Part shown: positions 9,072 to 17,830 of the stretch, piece after piece
How positions within the stretch are numbered: the first letter of the stretch is position 1
Layout of the letters: each line of letters opens with the position of its first letter
Assembly: GCA_963737905.1 (NCBI GenBank)
Contig: CAVTUQ010000005.1
Coordinates: 114,742-178,741 of the forward strand
Direction: 5' to 3'
From: an uncultured delta proteobacterium
GTDB taxonomy: Bacteria; Desulfobacterota; Binatia; UBA9968
DNA length: 64,000 nt
Program-made: the position numbers and the translations under genes
The notes under the pieces: generated by a model
Told to the model about the DNA's origin: nothing
What the model saw: the letters and a program-made list of their open reading frames with translations, nothing else
Databases searched by the model: none

Positions 9072-9452
9072 TTACTTCCCCACCGTTCCCACCGTAAACT
9101 GCAGCAGGCCTTCAGTTACGTGAGTGTCCACCGAAAGAACCTGCCACTCGATGGTGTAAGTTCCGGGACTCACCGGTTTGAGGTCGATGGCTAGAGTGTC
9201 TTCAGCCAATTGACGCAGCTTTCCTTGGCTGACCACTTCACCGTTCGCTCCCTTGACTGCGATCTGGCTAAACGCGATCTCGACACCTTCAGTGAATTGA
9301 ATGCGCACCTCCCGCGGCGGCTCTTTGACCTTGGCGCCGTTGTTTGGGATGGAGACCGCCGGATAAGCATGCGCCCATGCAAGCCCTTCCCTGTCTTGTA
9401 GTGAAAGGATTAAGAGCGCCGAGCTAAGGGCGATTAAAAACCTGGAATACAT
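9072..9452 (-). CDS. copC: CopC-family periplasmic metal chaperone
   Basis: Mature N-terminus HAYP; W-x-V-L-S-V-D-T-H; no Met-rich loop. Confidence 0.9.
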   Translation of the reverse strand: MYSRFLIALSSALLILSLQDREGLAWAHAYPAVSIPNNGAKVKEPPREVRIQFTEGVEIAFSQIAVKGANGEVVSQGKLRQLAEDTLAIDLKPVSPGTYTIEWQVLSVDTHVTEGLLQFTVGTVGK

Positions 9453-10248
9453 AAGTTGACTCGTAACTGGTTTTGTCCTTTTGGCCGTCGGGGCGCGGGC
9501 TCTCTTGGTCGATCTTTACCCGCGCTAGATAAAAATCCGCGGGGCCGATAGCAAAGGTGACTCTTCCTTTCTCGTCCGTCGTTTGATCTTGCACCGATGC
9601 AGAACCGTCCATGCGACGAACCAGGGTGACCACCTGCCCCCTCGTGGGTTTTCCCTTTTGGCGCAGCTCCAAAGTCATGCTGCCGCCGGAGAAAACCGCG
9701 AGAGGGTTATTGACGGGGATGAATTCCACAGCGTCTTCGCCGGCGATAAGCCGGTCAAAACCCTTTAGGTTCTTTGCCGCCGCAATGGTCGGTACTTTAA
9801 ACGCTCCGAATGCCGTCTTGGCGATGCGCACCGTTACGAGCTTCGGCCCATCTCCCTGCTGCAGACTTCGCGCCTGACGAGCCACGGCCTGGTAAAGGCC
9901 TTCATCGTTTGGGACATACACCGCGAGATAAAAACCCTTGGGCCCTTTCGGGCCGACCTTTTCTTCGTCCTCCCCCAGATCGACGATGCGGTCCGTAAGC
10001 GTATTTTGTTTTCCCTTCGCGTCGACGACTGCCAGCGCAGTGTACTTGCCGTCCCACTTTCCTGCGATACGGTAGCTCTTGTGTTCATTTGAGTGATTGC
10101 CTTGGACGAGAGCGATGTTTGCTACCTGTCCTTTTTCAATGATCGTCGGAGTCACCTCGACCCAGCCGTCGTGGCTTAAGGCTGAGAATGGATGGAGAAA
10201 AAGCAAGGCGACAAAGAGTGATAAACTTGCTTTACTCATTCGGATCAT
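9424..10248 (-). CDS. DUF4198-family periplasmic protein
   Basis: Mature N-terminus HDGW; GNHSNEH; AKT...EFIPVNNP...TDEKGRVTF pattern. Confidence 0.75.
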   Translation of the reverse strand: MIRMSKASLSLFVALLFLHPFSALSHDGWVEVTPTIIEKGQVANIALVQGNHSNEHKSYRIAGKWDGKYTALAVVDAKGKQNTLTDRIVDLGEDEEKVGPKGPKGFYLAVYVPNDEGLYQAVARQARSLQQGDGPKLVTVRIAKTAFGAFKVPTIAAAKNLKGFDRLIAGEDAVEFIPVNNPLAVFSGGSMTLELRQKGKPTRGQVVTLVRRMDGSASVQDQTTDEKGRVTFAIGPADFYLARVKIDQESPRPDGQKDKTSYESTYVFQVFNRP

Positions 10249-10338
10249 TTATTTCTCCTCTAAAAATAGCCGTCCCTTTAGCGCGAGGATGGTTTCGTTT
10301 GGCGACTCCTGAGACTCAAAACCAACAAGTCGCTCCTG

Positions 10339-10722
10339 TTATTTTTTCGCTATGGCGAAGGTAAAATCCCCCTCTGTTACATGCGTGTCTTTCGCTAATG
10401 CCTTCCAGTAAACGTGATAGGTACCGGACGCCAAGGGTTGAAGATCGACTTCAAGTACACTGGCGTCCGGACCGTTTACGCGGCTGTTACCTTTATCGAC
10501 TTGCTGTTTCATCGAATTGAAGACTGTGATGCTGCTGAAGGCCGGTTCCAGCTCCCCGTCAAACCAGATCGTCACTTTTGGCGGCGCAACAGGGATCGTC
10601 CAGCCAACTCTCGGGTCCGAACGCACCGGAAAAGCGTGCGCCTGGGCGAGGGTTTGAAACGCGGTTATGCCGAGTATCAAAGCCAATGACAAGCTCAGAA
10701 CCATTTTTTCTAGCGGTCTCAT
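10339..10722 (-). CDS. copC: CopC-family periplasmic metal chaperone (second copy)
   Basis: HAFPVRSDP; WKALAKDTHVTEG; ATGA overlap with the upstream barrel gene. Confidence 0.9.
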   Translation of the reverse strand: MRPLEKMVLSLSLALILGITAFQTLAQAHAFPVRSDPRVGWTIPVAPPKVTIWFDGELEPAFSSITVFNSMKQQVDKGNSRVNGPDASVLEVDLQPLASGTYHVYWKALAKDTHVTEGDFTFAIAKK

Positions 10723-11663
10723 CTCGGTATCGGCGTCGGGCCGATCACTCCCCATGGCGTCCACGTGAAAATATTGGGCCAGAGATCGTCGATGAAAAGA
10801 TGGATTAAAGCATTTACGCCGGCGTTTTTGCCTGCAACGTTGTTCAACGGTAGCTTCGCTTCCAAGCCAAGTTCGACGTATCTTCCCACCCATATTAGAC
10901 CCGGATTAGCGAAAGCAGCGGTCTGGCCGCGATCAGGTTTGGAGGCGTTCGTAGTGAAGTTAAATTCAACGACCGGAAACATGCGGTCAAACGGCGCACC
11001 GAGCCCAACATCCTTAACAAATGATTGCAAATAGGGAACGCTGTAGATCACGGCGACTCCATAATCGAGCGTGGTTGGATTGTGCTCCTTATCATCGCCG
11101 CTGCCGGTTGTCCGGTTAGCTGGATTATTGACGTTAAACTGGCCGTTGATCGAGAAAGGCTTCAGGTAGGCCAAGGAGTCAGGCAAGTCGCCGAAACCTT
11201 TCCCAAAAAAAAGGGCCGGAGAAATGGTAGTGACTCTTTCCGCCACCCTTTGGGGGCCGACCCCACCAGGCTCTACCCCTAAGCCGACACTAAAGATACC
11301 CTCATGCTCAGGACTTGTCAGAGAAACATATTTGAAGCCGAATTCAGGGTTGCCTGCTCCCGAGGTACTAGATTCGCCTGCCTCTCTTGGATTGAAAAAC
11401 AGATAGTCCCATCCGACGGTTACGGCGAAGTCGGGCGTCAGACGCTTCGAGAACTCAAAACCGACACTGCTCTCTCTTCCTTCTTTGTTGTTGCTTCCCC
11501 ATTCGACTTTCAGGAGATCCAATTCGTCGGACGCGAAAGGGTCATCTACGACCAGGGTTGTCGGAATAAACCGCTTTCCTATGACCCCGTGACCGTACGT
11601 CGATCTGACGGCGAAGAATAAACTCACCAGTAAAGACAAACTTATGACGACACATTTTTTCAT
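10719..11663 (-). CDS. Putative outer-membrane beta-barrel metal-uptake protein
   Basis: Signal peptide; mature N-terminus HGVIGKRFIPTTLVVDDPF; alternating amphipathic strands; GGGAGG SD. Confidence 0.65.
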   Translation of the reverse strand: MKKCVVISLSLLVSLFFAVRSTYGHGVIGKRFIPTTLVVDDPFASDELDLLKVEWGSNNKEGRESSVGFEFSKRLTPDFAVTVGWDYLFFNPREAGESSTSGAGNPEFGFKYVSLTSPEHEGIFSVGLGVEPGGVGPQRVAERVTTISPALFFGKGFGDLPDSLAYLKPFSINGQFNVNNPANRTTGSGDDKEHNPTTLDYGVAVIYSVPYLQSFVKDVGLGAPFDRMFPVVEFNFTTNASKPDRGQTAAFANPGLIWVGRYVELGLEAKLPLNNVAGKNAGVNALIHLFIDDLWPNIFTWTPWGVIGPTPIPR

Positions 11664-11741
11664 CGAGTCCTCCCATAGAACGAGTCATCAGAGCTGGGTT
11701 GTTACCCGGCCCTAACCAATATTAGGAGAGTGATTCGATAA

Positions 11742-12125
11742 CTAGTAGAGAAGTGTGTCTTTAGGAGGCGCTCTCTGGAAAAAAAGGAAGGCAGTGAATA
11801 AATCGACCCACTGTCTTGTCTGTGGGCGAAATGATTCTAATTGCGCTTCAACGAAAGGCAGTTCAACCAGTGCGGCCTGGCCTAGATGGCAGCTCTGGGC
11901 GACGGATTGAATTGCGCAGTCGGTTTGAGCGGGCTTGGTTGGGTTCTGACCATGTTCGTGGCTTTCTGGATCAACTTGAGTTTCATCGTGTGCGTGGCCA
12001 AGCCCCTCAAAAAAATGATGCACCCGATGTGGCTGGGAAACACTCAGGAAGAGCAAAAACAGCGACCCTATGGCAAGGGCAGTGCAACGACGCAACGCCG
12101 AAACTCTTTCAGGCGATTTCTTCAT
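11742..12125 (-). CDS. DUF2946-like His-rich leader protein with C-terminal RAPP motif
   Basis: TM/signal segment, HRVHH...HAHD...HEH, C-x8-C-H, FQRAPP six codons before the stop. Confidence 0.7.
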   Translation of the reverse strand: MKKSPERVSALRRCTALAIGSLFLLFLSVSQPHRVHHFFEGLGHAHDETQVDPESHEHGQNPTKPAQTDCAIQSVAQSCHLGQAALVELPFVEAQLESFRPQTRQWVDLFTAFLFFQRAPPKDTLLY

Positions 12126-12162
12126 CGGTTGCTTAGGCTTTTATCCGAATTCGTTCGCCGGA

Positions 12163-13005
12163 TCAACCTGAAAAGCGCGGCGATCGTGTACGTTGTTGCC
12201 GGCGAAACCAGAACACGATCTCAAGAACAAAGAATAGAGCCGCGGCGGTCAATACGATGGTAGCGGCCGAAGATATGTCCAGATAGAAACTCAAATACAT
12301 TCCGGTTGCACCGCATACGATCCCGATGAGAGGAGAAAGAATCAACAGCCGTTGAAATCGATTGGTTAGGTAACGGGCAATGACCGGAGGGATCACCATG
12401 GCGGCGGCGACCAAGGTGACGCCGAGAATTTGGGTCGAGGCCAATACCGTGACCGCAAGCAGGGTAATGAAAATCAGATCGATTTTGCCGGTGGAGACAC
12501 CGTAGGCAGAAGCAACTTCCGGATCGAAGGTGGCGAACAGTAGTTGCCGGCGCATGATAATAAGCGCACAGAAAACGATTAGAGATATGACGATGACGAT
12601 CCAGAGATCCTTTTGAGTGATGCCGAGGATGTTGCCGAAGAGCGCGACCTCGATGTTGCGGGTAAAGCTCCGATAGGTCGAGACGATGGCTACGCCGAGG
12701 GCAAAACTGGAAGTCGTAACGACACCGATGGCGGCATCGGCCCCGACCCAGCGCCGGTGGCTGATCAGGTGGATGAGAAAACCGGCAAATAGCGCCCACA
12801 GCCCGGCGCCAACAAAGAAATTGACGTTCATCACGTAGCTCAGGACAGCGCCGCCGAAGATGGCGTGGGAGAGGCCATGGCCTATGTAGCTCATCCGGCG
12901 CAGAACGACGTAGACGCCGATAAAGCCGCAAAGCGCGCCGACGACGACGGCGGCTAGAAAGCCGTTGCGAAAAAATTCGTATTCAAATGGGACTAACAAG
13001 GACAT
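12163..13005 (-). CDS. Metal ABC transporter permease (ZnuB/MntB family)
   Basis: GVYVVLRRMSYIGHGLSHA; DAAIG; LFGNILG; TFDPEVA. Confidence 0.92.
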   Translation of the reverse strand: MSLLVPFEYEFFRNGFLAAVVVGALCGFIGVYVVLRRMSYIGHGLSHAIFGGAVLSYVMNVNFFVGAGLWALFAGFLIHLISHRRWVGADAAIGVVTTSSFALGVAIVSTYRSFTRNIEVALFGNILGITQKDLWIVIVISLIVFCALIIMRRQLLFATFDPEVASAYGVSTGKIDLIFITLLAVTVLASTQILGVTLVAAAMVIPPVIARYLTNRFQRLLILSPLIGIVCGATGMYLSFYLDISSAATIVLTAAALFFVLEIVFWFRRQQRTRSPRFSG

Positions 13006-13007
13006 GA

Positions 13008-13089
13008 GTTCAAATCGTTCAAAATGTTCAAGCCGTTCAATCCGTGTTTGGACGTTTTGAACTTTTTGAACGGCTGGAACGATTTGAAC
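13008..13089. repeat. Inverted pair of 9-bp-period arrays
   Basis: GTTCAA at 13008, 13017, 13026, 13035; TTGAAC-like at 13048, 13057, 13066, 13075, 13084. Confidence 0.85.
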
Positions 13090-13099
13090 GCGTCTTCAT

Positions 13100-13963
13100 T
13101 TATGTGTGCGGCGCGTGGGGTCGCTCGCCGATCATGACCATGCCGTCGTGGTGGAAGACGACCATTTCGCCTCGGTAGGTTTCCTTGAGGACGGAGGCGT
13201 TGAGTACTTCTTGAGGACGTCCTTCGGCAATCAACCGGCGATTGAGGCAGGCAACCCACGGCAGATGCGCTGCCACCCAGTTGAGATCGTGGGCGGTAAT
13301 AATGATGGCCACTCCTTGATGGTTGATCTCGTGAAGAAAATGGATCACGTCGTCCCGCGAACGAATATCGAGTCCTGCGGTTGGCTCATCGAGCAGGATC
13401 AATTCCGGATCGCCCAGCAGCGCGCGCCCAAGAAAAACCGCTTGTTGTTGGCCGCCGGAAAGCTCGCGGATATGACGATCACCGAGACCGCTCAAGTTTA
13501 AGCGTGCTATGATGTCCTGGAGCTTGCGCCGCTCGTCGTCGCGGATGCCGCGAAACCAGCGGTTCTTGCCAAAAAATCCCATGGAGATGACTTCCTCCAC
13601 GGTGATCGGGAAATTCCAGTCGATGGTTTCAAGCTGGGGCACGTAACCGATACGTTCCAACAAAGATCGTTGCGGGTCTTTGCCTCGCAGCAATACCTTG
13701 CCCTGTTGCACCGGTACCGTGCCGAGAATAGTGCGCAACAACGTCGTTTTCCCTCCGCCGTTGGGCCCGACGATAGCCAGGAACTGACCGGGCCAGATCT
13801 TGAGGGAAACATCTTGGAGCGCGGGGGTGGGTCCATAACTGTTACTGACGTTGCCAAGCTCGACGAGCGGTACACCGGAGAGGCCGGAGACCGGCGGTTC
13901 CTCAATTCCGTGGGGATGGAGACTGCCGCGGGCGTTCCCATGTGGATGATCGTGTGTGTTCAT
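13100..13963 (-). CDS. Metal ABC transporter ATPase (ZnuC/MntA family), His-rich N-terminus
   Basis: GPNGGGKT, LSGGQQQ, LLDEPT, AHDL. Confidence 0.92.
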   Translation of the reverse strand: MNTHDHPHGNARGSLHPHGIEEPPVSGLSGVPLVELGNVSNSYGPTPALQDVSLKIWPGQFLAIVGPNGGGKTTLLRTILGTVPVQQGKVLLRGKDPQRSLLERIGYVPQLETIDWNFPITVEEVISMGFFGKNRWFRGIRDDERRKLQDIIARLNLSGLGDRHIRELSGGQQQAVFLGRALLGDPELILLDEPTAGLDIRSRDDVIHFLHEINHQGVAIIITAHDLNWVAAHLPWVACLNRRLIAEGRPQEVLNASVLKETYRGEMVVFHHDGMVMIGERPHAPHT

Positions 13964-13982
13964 ATGTAGTTAAAGGTCTAGT

Positions 13983-14141
13983 CTAGCAGGTTGCTGAAAC
14001 ACTCTGATTGCAGGCTGCTCAAAAGGACCTCAGATGCGAGGCGCATGAAGGATGGATGAGCGGAGGCGTACTCTTCTGTACGTTGACGCGAAATCGGTCG
14101 AGTGCAACAAAGCATATGGGTCTTTTTCAGCAGCCTGCTAG
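13983..14141. mobile_element. Non-autonomous MITE-like element with CTAG flanks
   Basis: CTAG-CAGGTTGCTGAAA ... TTTTTCAGCAGCCTG-CTAG; extra internal end copy CAGGCTGCTCAAAA at 14011; no transposase. Confidence 0.7.
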
Positions 14142-15155
14142 TCTCTTCTCCGGTAGTCGGCATAAGCCCCCGCCACCGGCGCGGGATCGACCTGCCTCAA
14201 CGCCTCCGTTGAGCCTCCCAACGCTTCGACCATGATTGTCATATTGTCAACCATCATGCCAGGATAGGAATGCTGGGGATCGCCGGGTTTGCCGGGCAGC
14301 TCATCGTCCCTGAGCTTGTCAATATAGCGGCTTTTTGCTTCCCGGGCGATCTGTTCCAACACCGGGCTGGGAAAAACTTCCGACCCAAACACCGCCGGGA
14401 CCTTTTCCTTTCTAATTTGCTCGATGAGCCGCACCACCTCGCGGGGGCTCGGATCGGTAAAATCGGACGGTTGGACGGCGCCGATCACTTGGAAACCATA
14501 GCGGCGCGCGAAATAGGGCCAGGAATCGTGATAGGTGAGCAAGCGACGATTGTTTTGCGGTATTGTTTGAACCGCTTCCTTGATCGCTTGATCCAGGGCT
14601 TCGAGTTTTTTGAGAAATTGCGCGGTGTTTTGTTCGTAGACTGCTTTGTTCTTGGGGTCGAGACGAATCAGCTCGTCGCGGACCAACGTCGCATAACGCA
14701 TCACGTATTCGGGATTGAGCCACAAGTGAGGATTGGGATGACCCTGTTCCTTGGGAAAGCTAAAGTCATAGATATATTCGGTTTCTTTAACGGTCTTGTT
14801 GCCGAGAGAATAGATGGAGCGCTCCTGTTTTGAGATTGGCTTGGGCGAGATTCACGGTGGGTGTTTCGAGATCGAGGCCATTGATAATGATCAAATCAGC
14901 ACGGGAGAGAAGCTTGCTATCCGACGGAATGGGCTCGAAAGTATGCGAATTGATCCCTTCAGGGATGATGCCGGTCAGCTGAATTCTGTCACCGCCGATG
15001 TTTTCCACGATGCTCGTGATCGGTGCGACGGTGGTGACGACGCTGAGTTTCTTCTCCGCCGTGGCGTCCGGCTTTTGTTCCTGGCGTCCACAGGCAGCAA
15101 GAAGAAATGCGGCGGCCAAAATAACCGACCGTGTTGTGACGGTTGCAAATTTCAT
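14138..15155 (-). CDS. Metal ABC substrate-binding lipoprotein (ZnuA/MntC family), split by a +1 frameshift near 14820
   Basis: LAAC lipobox, NSHTFEP, then in the shifted frame YDFSFPKEQGHPNPHLW, TYHDSW, FGSE; removing one C joins the two ORFs. Confidence 0.85.
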
Positions 15156-15338
15156 TTGGTAAAAGGCGCGTGCTTTTTCTTTTCGTCCAGACGGAAGTTG
15201 CCCAACGTCACGAAGGCCTGAGGGCTAGCCTATTGGCAAAAATCTAATTCCTGGGTAGGGAGGAGAGGAAGTCGCTCTTTCCGTACTCGGGTTACCAACG
15301 AATTGGCGGCCTAACAAGTTTCAGTCTGGGCGACCCCG

Positions 15339-15377
15339 ACCTTATCAGGAGTAATATGAATTGACAAATCGTGCTAC
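15339..15377 (-). promoter_or_regulatory. Sigma70-type promoter overlapped by a candidate NikR operator
   Basis: Minus strand TTGTCA-17-TAAGGT; operator GTAGCAC-N13-ATATTAC (15351-15377) straddles the -35. Confidence 0.6.
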
Positions 15378-15493
15378 ACGCGGCTGCGGCGCTTCCTTAT
15401 GTAAAGTTATGTAAAGTAAAGATTTATCCAAGAATGAGCTTAATCTAGGGGAATGCTCCGGTTTAGCAGCGCAGCGTCTGCCGCGACAGATGA

Positions 15494-16609
15494 TTACAGG
15501 GCAAGACCGCGTCTTTGTCGCGTCGTCTGCACGTGAGCCACTGACGCATCGACAACGTAAGGCACAGCAGATTCGGGATACGGCGCAACACTGCTAACGT
15601 TGATTTCGCAAAGAGCATAGGTGTCTTCGCCGTTGTTTCCCTTCGGACCGAGCAGGAAATCGCAATCCCAGAGAATCGGAAGACTTTCGGTCTCAATTTC
15701 CAACAATCGCTGCACTGCCGGCACCCACTCGTGCTCGAGCTTGCGTTTAAGGGTCTGGAATTCCGGCATGGACGGCGGATGATACAAACGGGGCCCGGGT
15801 GGGGGCGCTTCCGTTGCAGGTGCGCCTAGGCGCGCGGGAAACAGTGCATTGATAGCCTGATGTCCAAATCCGACTACCCTGTCATCCACGAGATAACACC
15901 GAATCATGCCCTCCGGAAGCCGCTTTTGATATTCTTGATCGATCATCAGGCCGTTGGAGGAAAAGTAAGGCTCACAGCGGCGATAGAATTCGCCCAGCGT
16001 GATTTGCTCTTCGTTGCAACCACGCTGGGCGTGTCGGACACAAACGATGGTTTCAGGCTCCGGCAGCACAGCGAGGCTGCGGCCTTCGCTGTTCGCAAAG
16101 GCCTCTACCGGCAGCTGGACTTTCCACACACCGTTTCCGCCATTGCCGCGATTCTGCTTGAGTACTCGCGCCTTGCCAGCTGCTAGTCGCAAAGGGAGCT
16201 CCTGAACCATTTGAGCCATACTGCAGTAAAGATGCGTGTCGCAGCCCCATCCAATGTCACGCGTGCGATACAGAACTTCTTTTGTACCCAACTTCAAAAT
16301 GACGTCGGGGTGCGTGCTCACAAAAACGCCAGTGGCTGCGACATCACGAAGCATAGAATCGAGAACGGACCTGTCCCTTCCGCCTTCGATCGGATTGACC
16401 CATACCAGCACGCCGTCAACCCGCATGAGCTGTTCTCGAACGTCCTCGCAAAAGTCATCGTGATATATCGCAGGCTCGACGTAAATGCGCTTGGCGGCGA
16501 AGGCCCCGAACAAATCTGAGAATCGGCTATTCTCGGCGGTTGTATTCCTTCTCGCCTCACGATTGCCAGAGCAAAGAATTGCCACTCGCGCGTAACTATC
16601 TTGTTCCAT
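15494..16609 (-). CDS. Cj0069-family (ATP-grasp-like) protein
   Basis: VLVWVNP, HPDVILKLGTKEVL, VLKQNRGNGGNGVW, WDCDF, CEINVSSV. Confidence 0.75.
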   Translation of the reverse strand: MEQDSYARVAILCSGNREARRNTTAENSRFSDLFGAFAAKRIYVEPAIYHDDFCEDVREQLMRVDGVLVWVNPIEGGRDRSVLDSMLRDVAATGVFVSTHPDVILKLGTKEVLYRTRDIGWGCDTHLYCSMAQMVQELPLRLAAGKARVLKQNRGNGGNGVWKVQLPVEAFANSEGRSLAVLPEPETIVCVRHAQRGCNEEQITLGEFYRRCEPYFSSNGLMIDQEYQKRLPEGMIRCYLVDDRVVGFGHQAINALFPARLGAPATEAPPPGPRLYHPPSMPEFQTLKRKLEHEWVPAVQRLLEIETESLPILWDCDFLLGPKGNNGEDTYALCEINVSSVAPYPESAVPYVVDASVAHVQTTRQRRGLAL

Positions 16610-16762
16610 CGAAAATTCTATTTTTCTGGAATCGCTGTCTCGTCTCCGTAACCACAAAACAGAGTCGCCAGGGAAAGCGGATAAAAGTTAATTGGCTTAT
16701 TTCCTGTGACGCGTCAGAAAGTAGAGTAAGTGCCAGACAAAAATATTGTCGAAACTTTTTCA

Positions 16763-17734
16763 CTAGCTTTTTCTTCTGAAGTACTCATAAAGGTCGTTGA
16801 AAACCGCGCACCCTCGCTCCAAGCGGGCCTCGTCATCTTTGTGAGTCATTGCGATGCCGGCGATGAGCCTCTCGATCCCAATCGTGTCCGGCCGCCCGAA
16901 CTTCGAATCCTTGAGATCGATGTCGTGAACAATCTCAGCGATCGGGATAAGCGCCGAGTCATCGAGACATACACGCTGAATCAAGACCTCCAGTGTGCAG
17001 CGATCACCTTCATGCGTGAACTCTGCCTCGAACATGTCGAAGCGTAGCTCACCGGGCAGAGGCTTGTAGCCTTTCGGAGGAACAAACTTGAAGCGAGCAT
17101 CCGGATCGATAAAACGACGAATAAGCCAGGCGCTTGCCATGCGGTCGACGTAAATGCCCTTACGGGTAACCCAGGTTTTACCGAGGAAGTCTTCCCGCCG
17201 GAACCTGCGAGCATTGTCGGATCCAAACATCGAATTCTTACCAGTCATGCGTGCCTCAACCCCGGAAACCAATCCCTCTGCTACCTCCCGTCCGGGAGCG
17301 CCAAAAAAGTCTATGGCGACAACCTCAGCGAGGCGCCGTTTAAGTCGGGTGAGATCGATCTCCAGTTGTGTACTTGGTGTTTCCTCCGTTTGTCTCGACA
17401 AATGACTCGCCGCAAGACGGCGAGTCTCCTCAGCTATCTTGTCGTACTCAGCGCCGCGGGCCGCTTGGAACAAAGTTTCCACTTGCTCGTCGGAAAGACC
17501 CTCGACGAAGCGCGCCTCACATAAGGACGCTTCTCCGCGACCTTCAACAATTTCCCGCAACACCCACTGAAAATCCTCCTGCGTCTCGTCGTTCTTGGGC
17601 AGGACATACACCGAGTTCTTAATGGCAACAGCGCCAATACGCTGAAGCCGTCGCCCAATCTTTACCCGGAAGTAATCTGGCTTCGGCGGGATTTGATGAA
17701 TAAGGAGTAACCATCGTCCTTCTGACTCCTGCAT
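16763..17734 (-). CDS. chrB: Chromate resistance regulator ChrB
   Basis: WLLLIHQIPPKP..RV; IDFFGAPG; WVTR..IYVDRMASAWLIRRFIDPDA; FTHEGDRCT. Confidence 0.92.
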   Translation of the reverse strand: MQESEGRWLLLIHQIPPKPDYFRVKIGRRLQRIGAVAIKNSVYVLPKNDETQEDFQWVLREIVEGRGEASLCEARFVEGLSDEQVETLFQAARGAEYDKIAEETRRLAASHLSRQTEETPSTQLEIDLTRLKRRLAEVVAIDFFGAPGREVAEGLVSGVEARMTGKNSMFGSDNARRFRREDFLGKTWVTRKGIYVDRMASAWLIRRFIDPDARFKFVPPKGYKPLPGELRFDMFEAEFTHEGDRCTLEVLIQRVCLDDSALIPIAEIVHDIDLKDSKFGRPDTIGIERLIAGIAMTHKDDEARLERGCAVFNDLYEYFRRKS

Positions 17735-17830
17735 ACGCCCTTCCTTTGACTTAAAAGTACAACTGTTATATTCAAGATTCAACTGCGCTATTTAAAACTA
17801 CTTGTGAACGCCCTGTGAAGGGAACCACAG

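Noticed and set aside
138-11663. Selenocysteine read-through in the redox and metal genes
   Set aside because: The SCO, TlpA and propeller Cys motifs are all complete, with no in-frame TGA at motif positions
93-13089. TTGAAC arrays as a CRISPR array
   Set aside because: Units are 6 bp with 3-nt linkers; there are no 25-45 bp repeats with unique spacers and no cas genes
12993-13259. 88-aa ORF with FKSFQPFKKF/LNGLNILNDLN periodicity
   Set aside because: It is simply the translation of the 9-mer DNA arrays, overlapping the ATPase gene out of frame
15156-15335. Assignment of the leader to the M-box, NiCo or cobalamin riboswitch
   Set aside because: Only short fragments (e.g. GCCAAU) resemble them and the core consensus is not found by eye; kept as an unassigned structure
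17735-17830. ChrB operator in the chrB-chrA gap
   Set aside because: Only weak CAAC repeats are visible; no convincing inverted repeat
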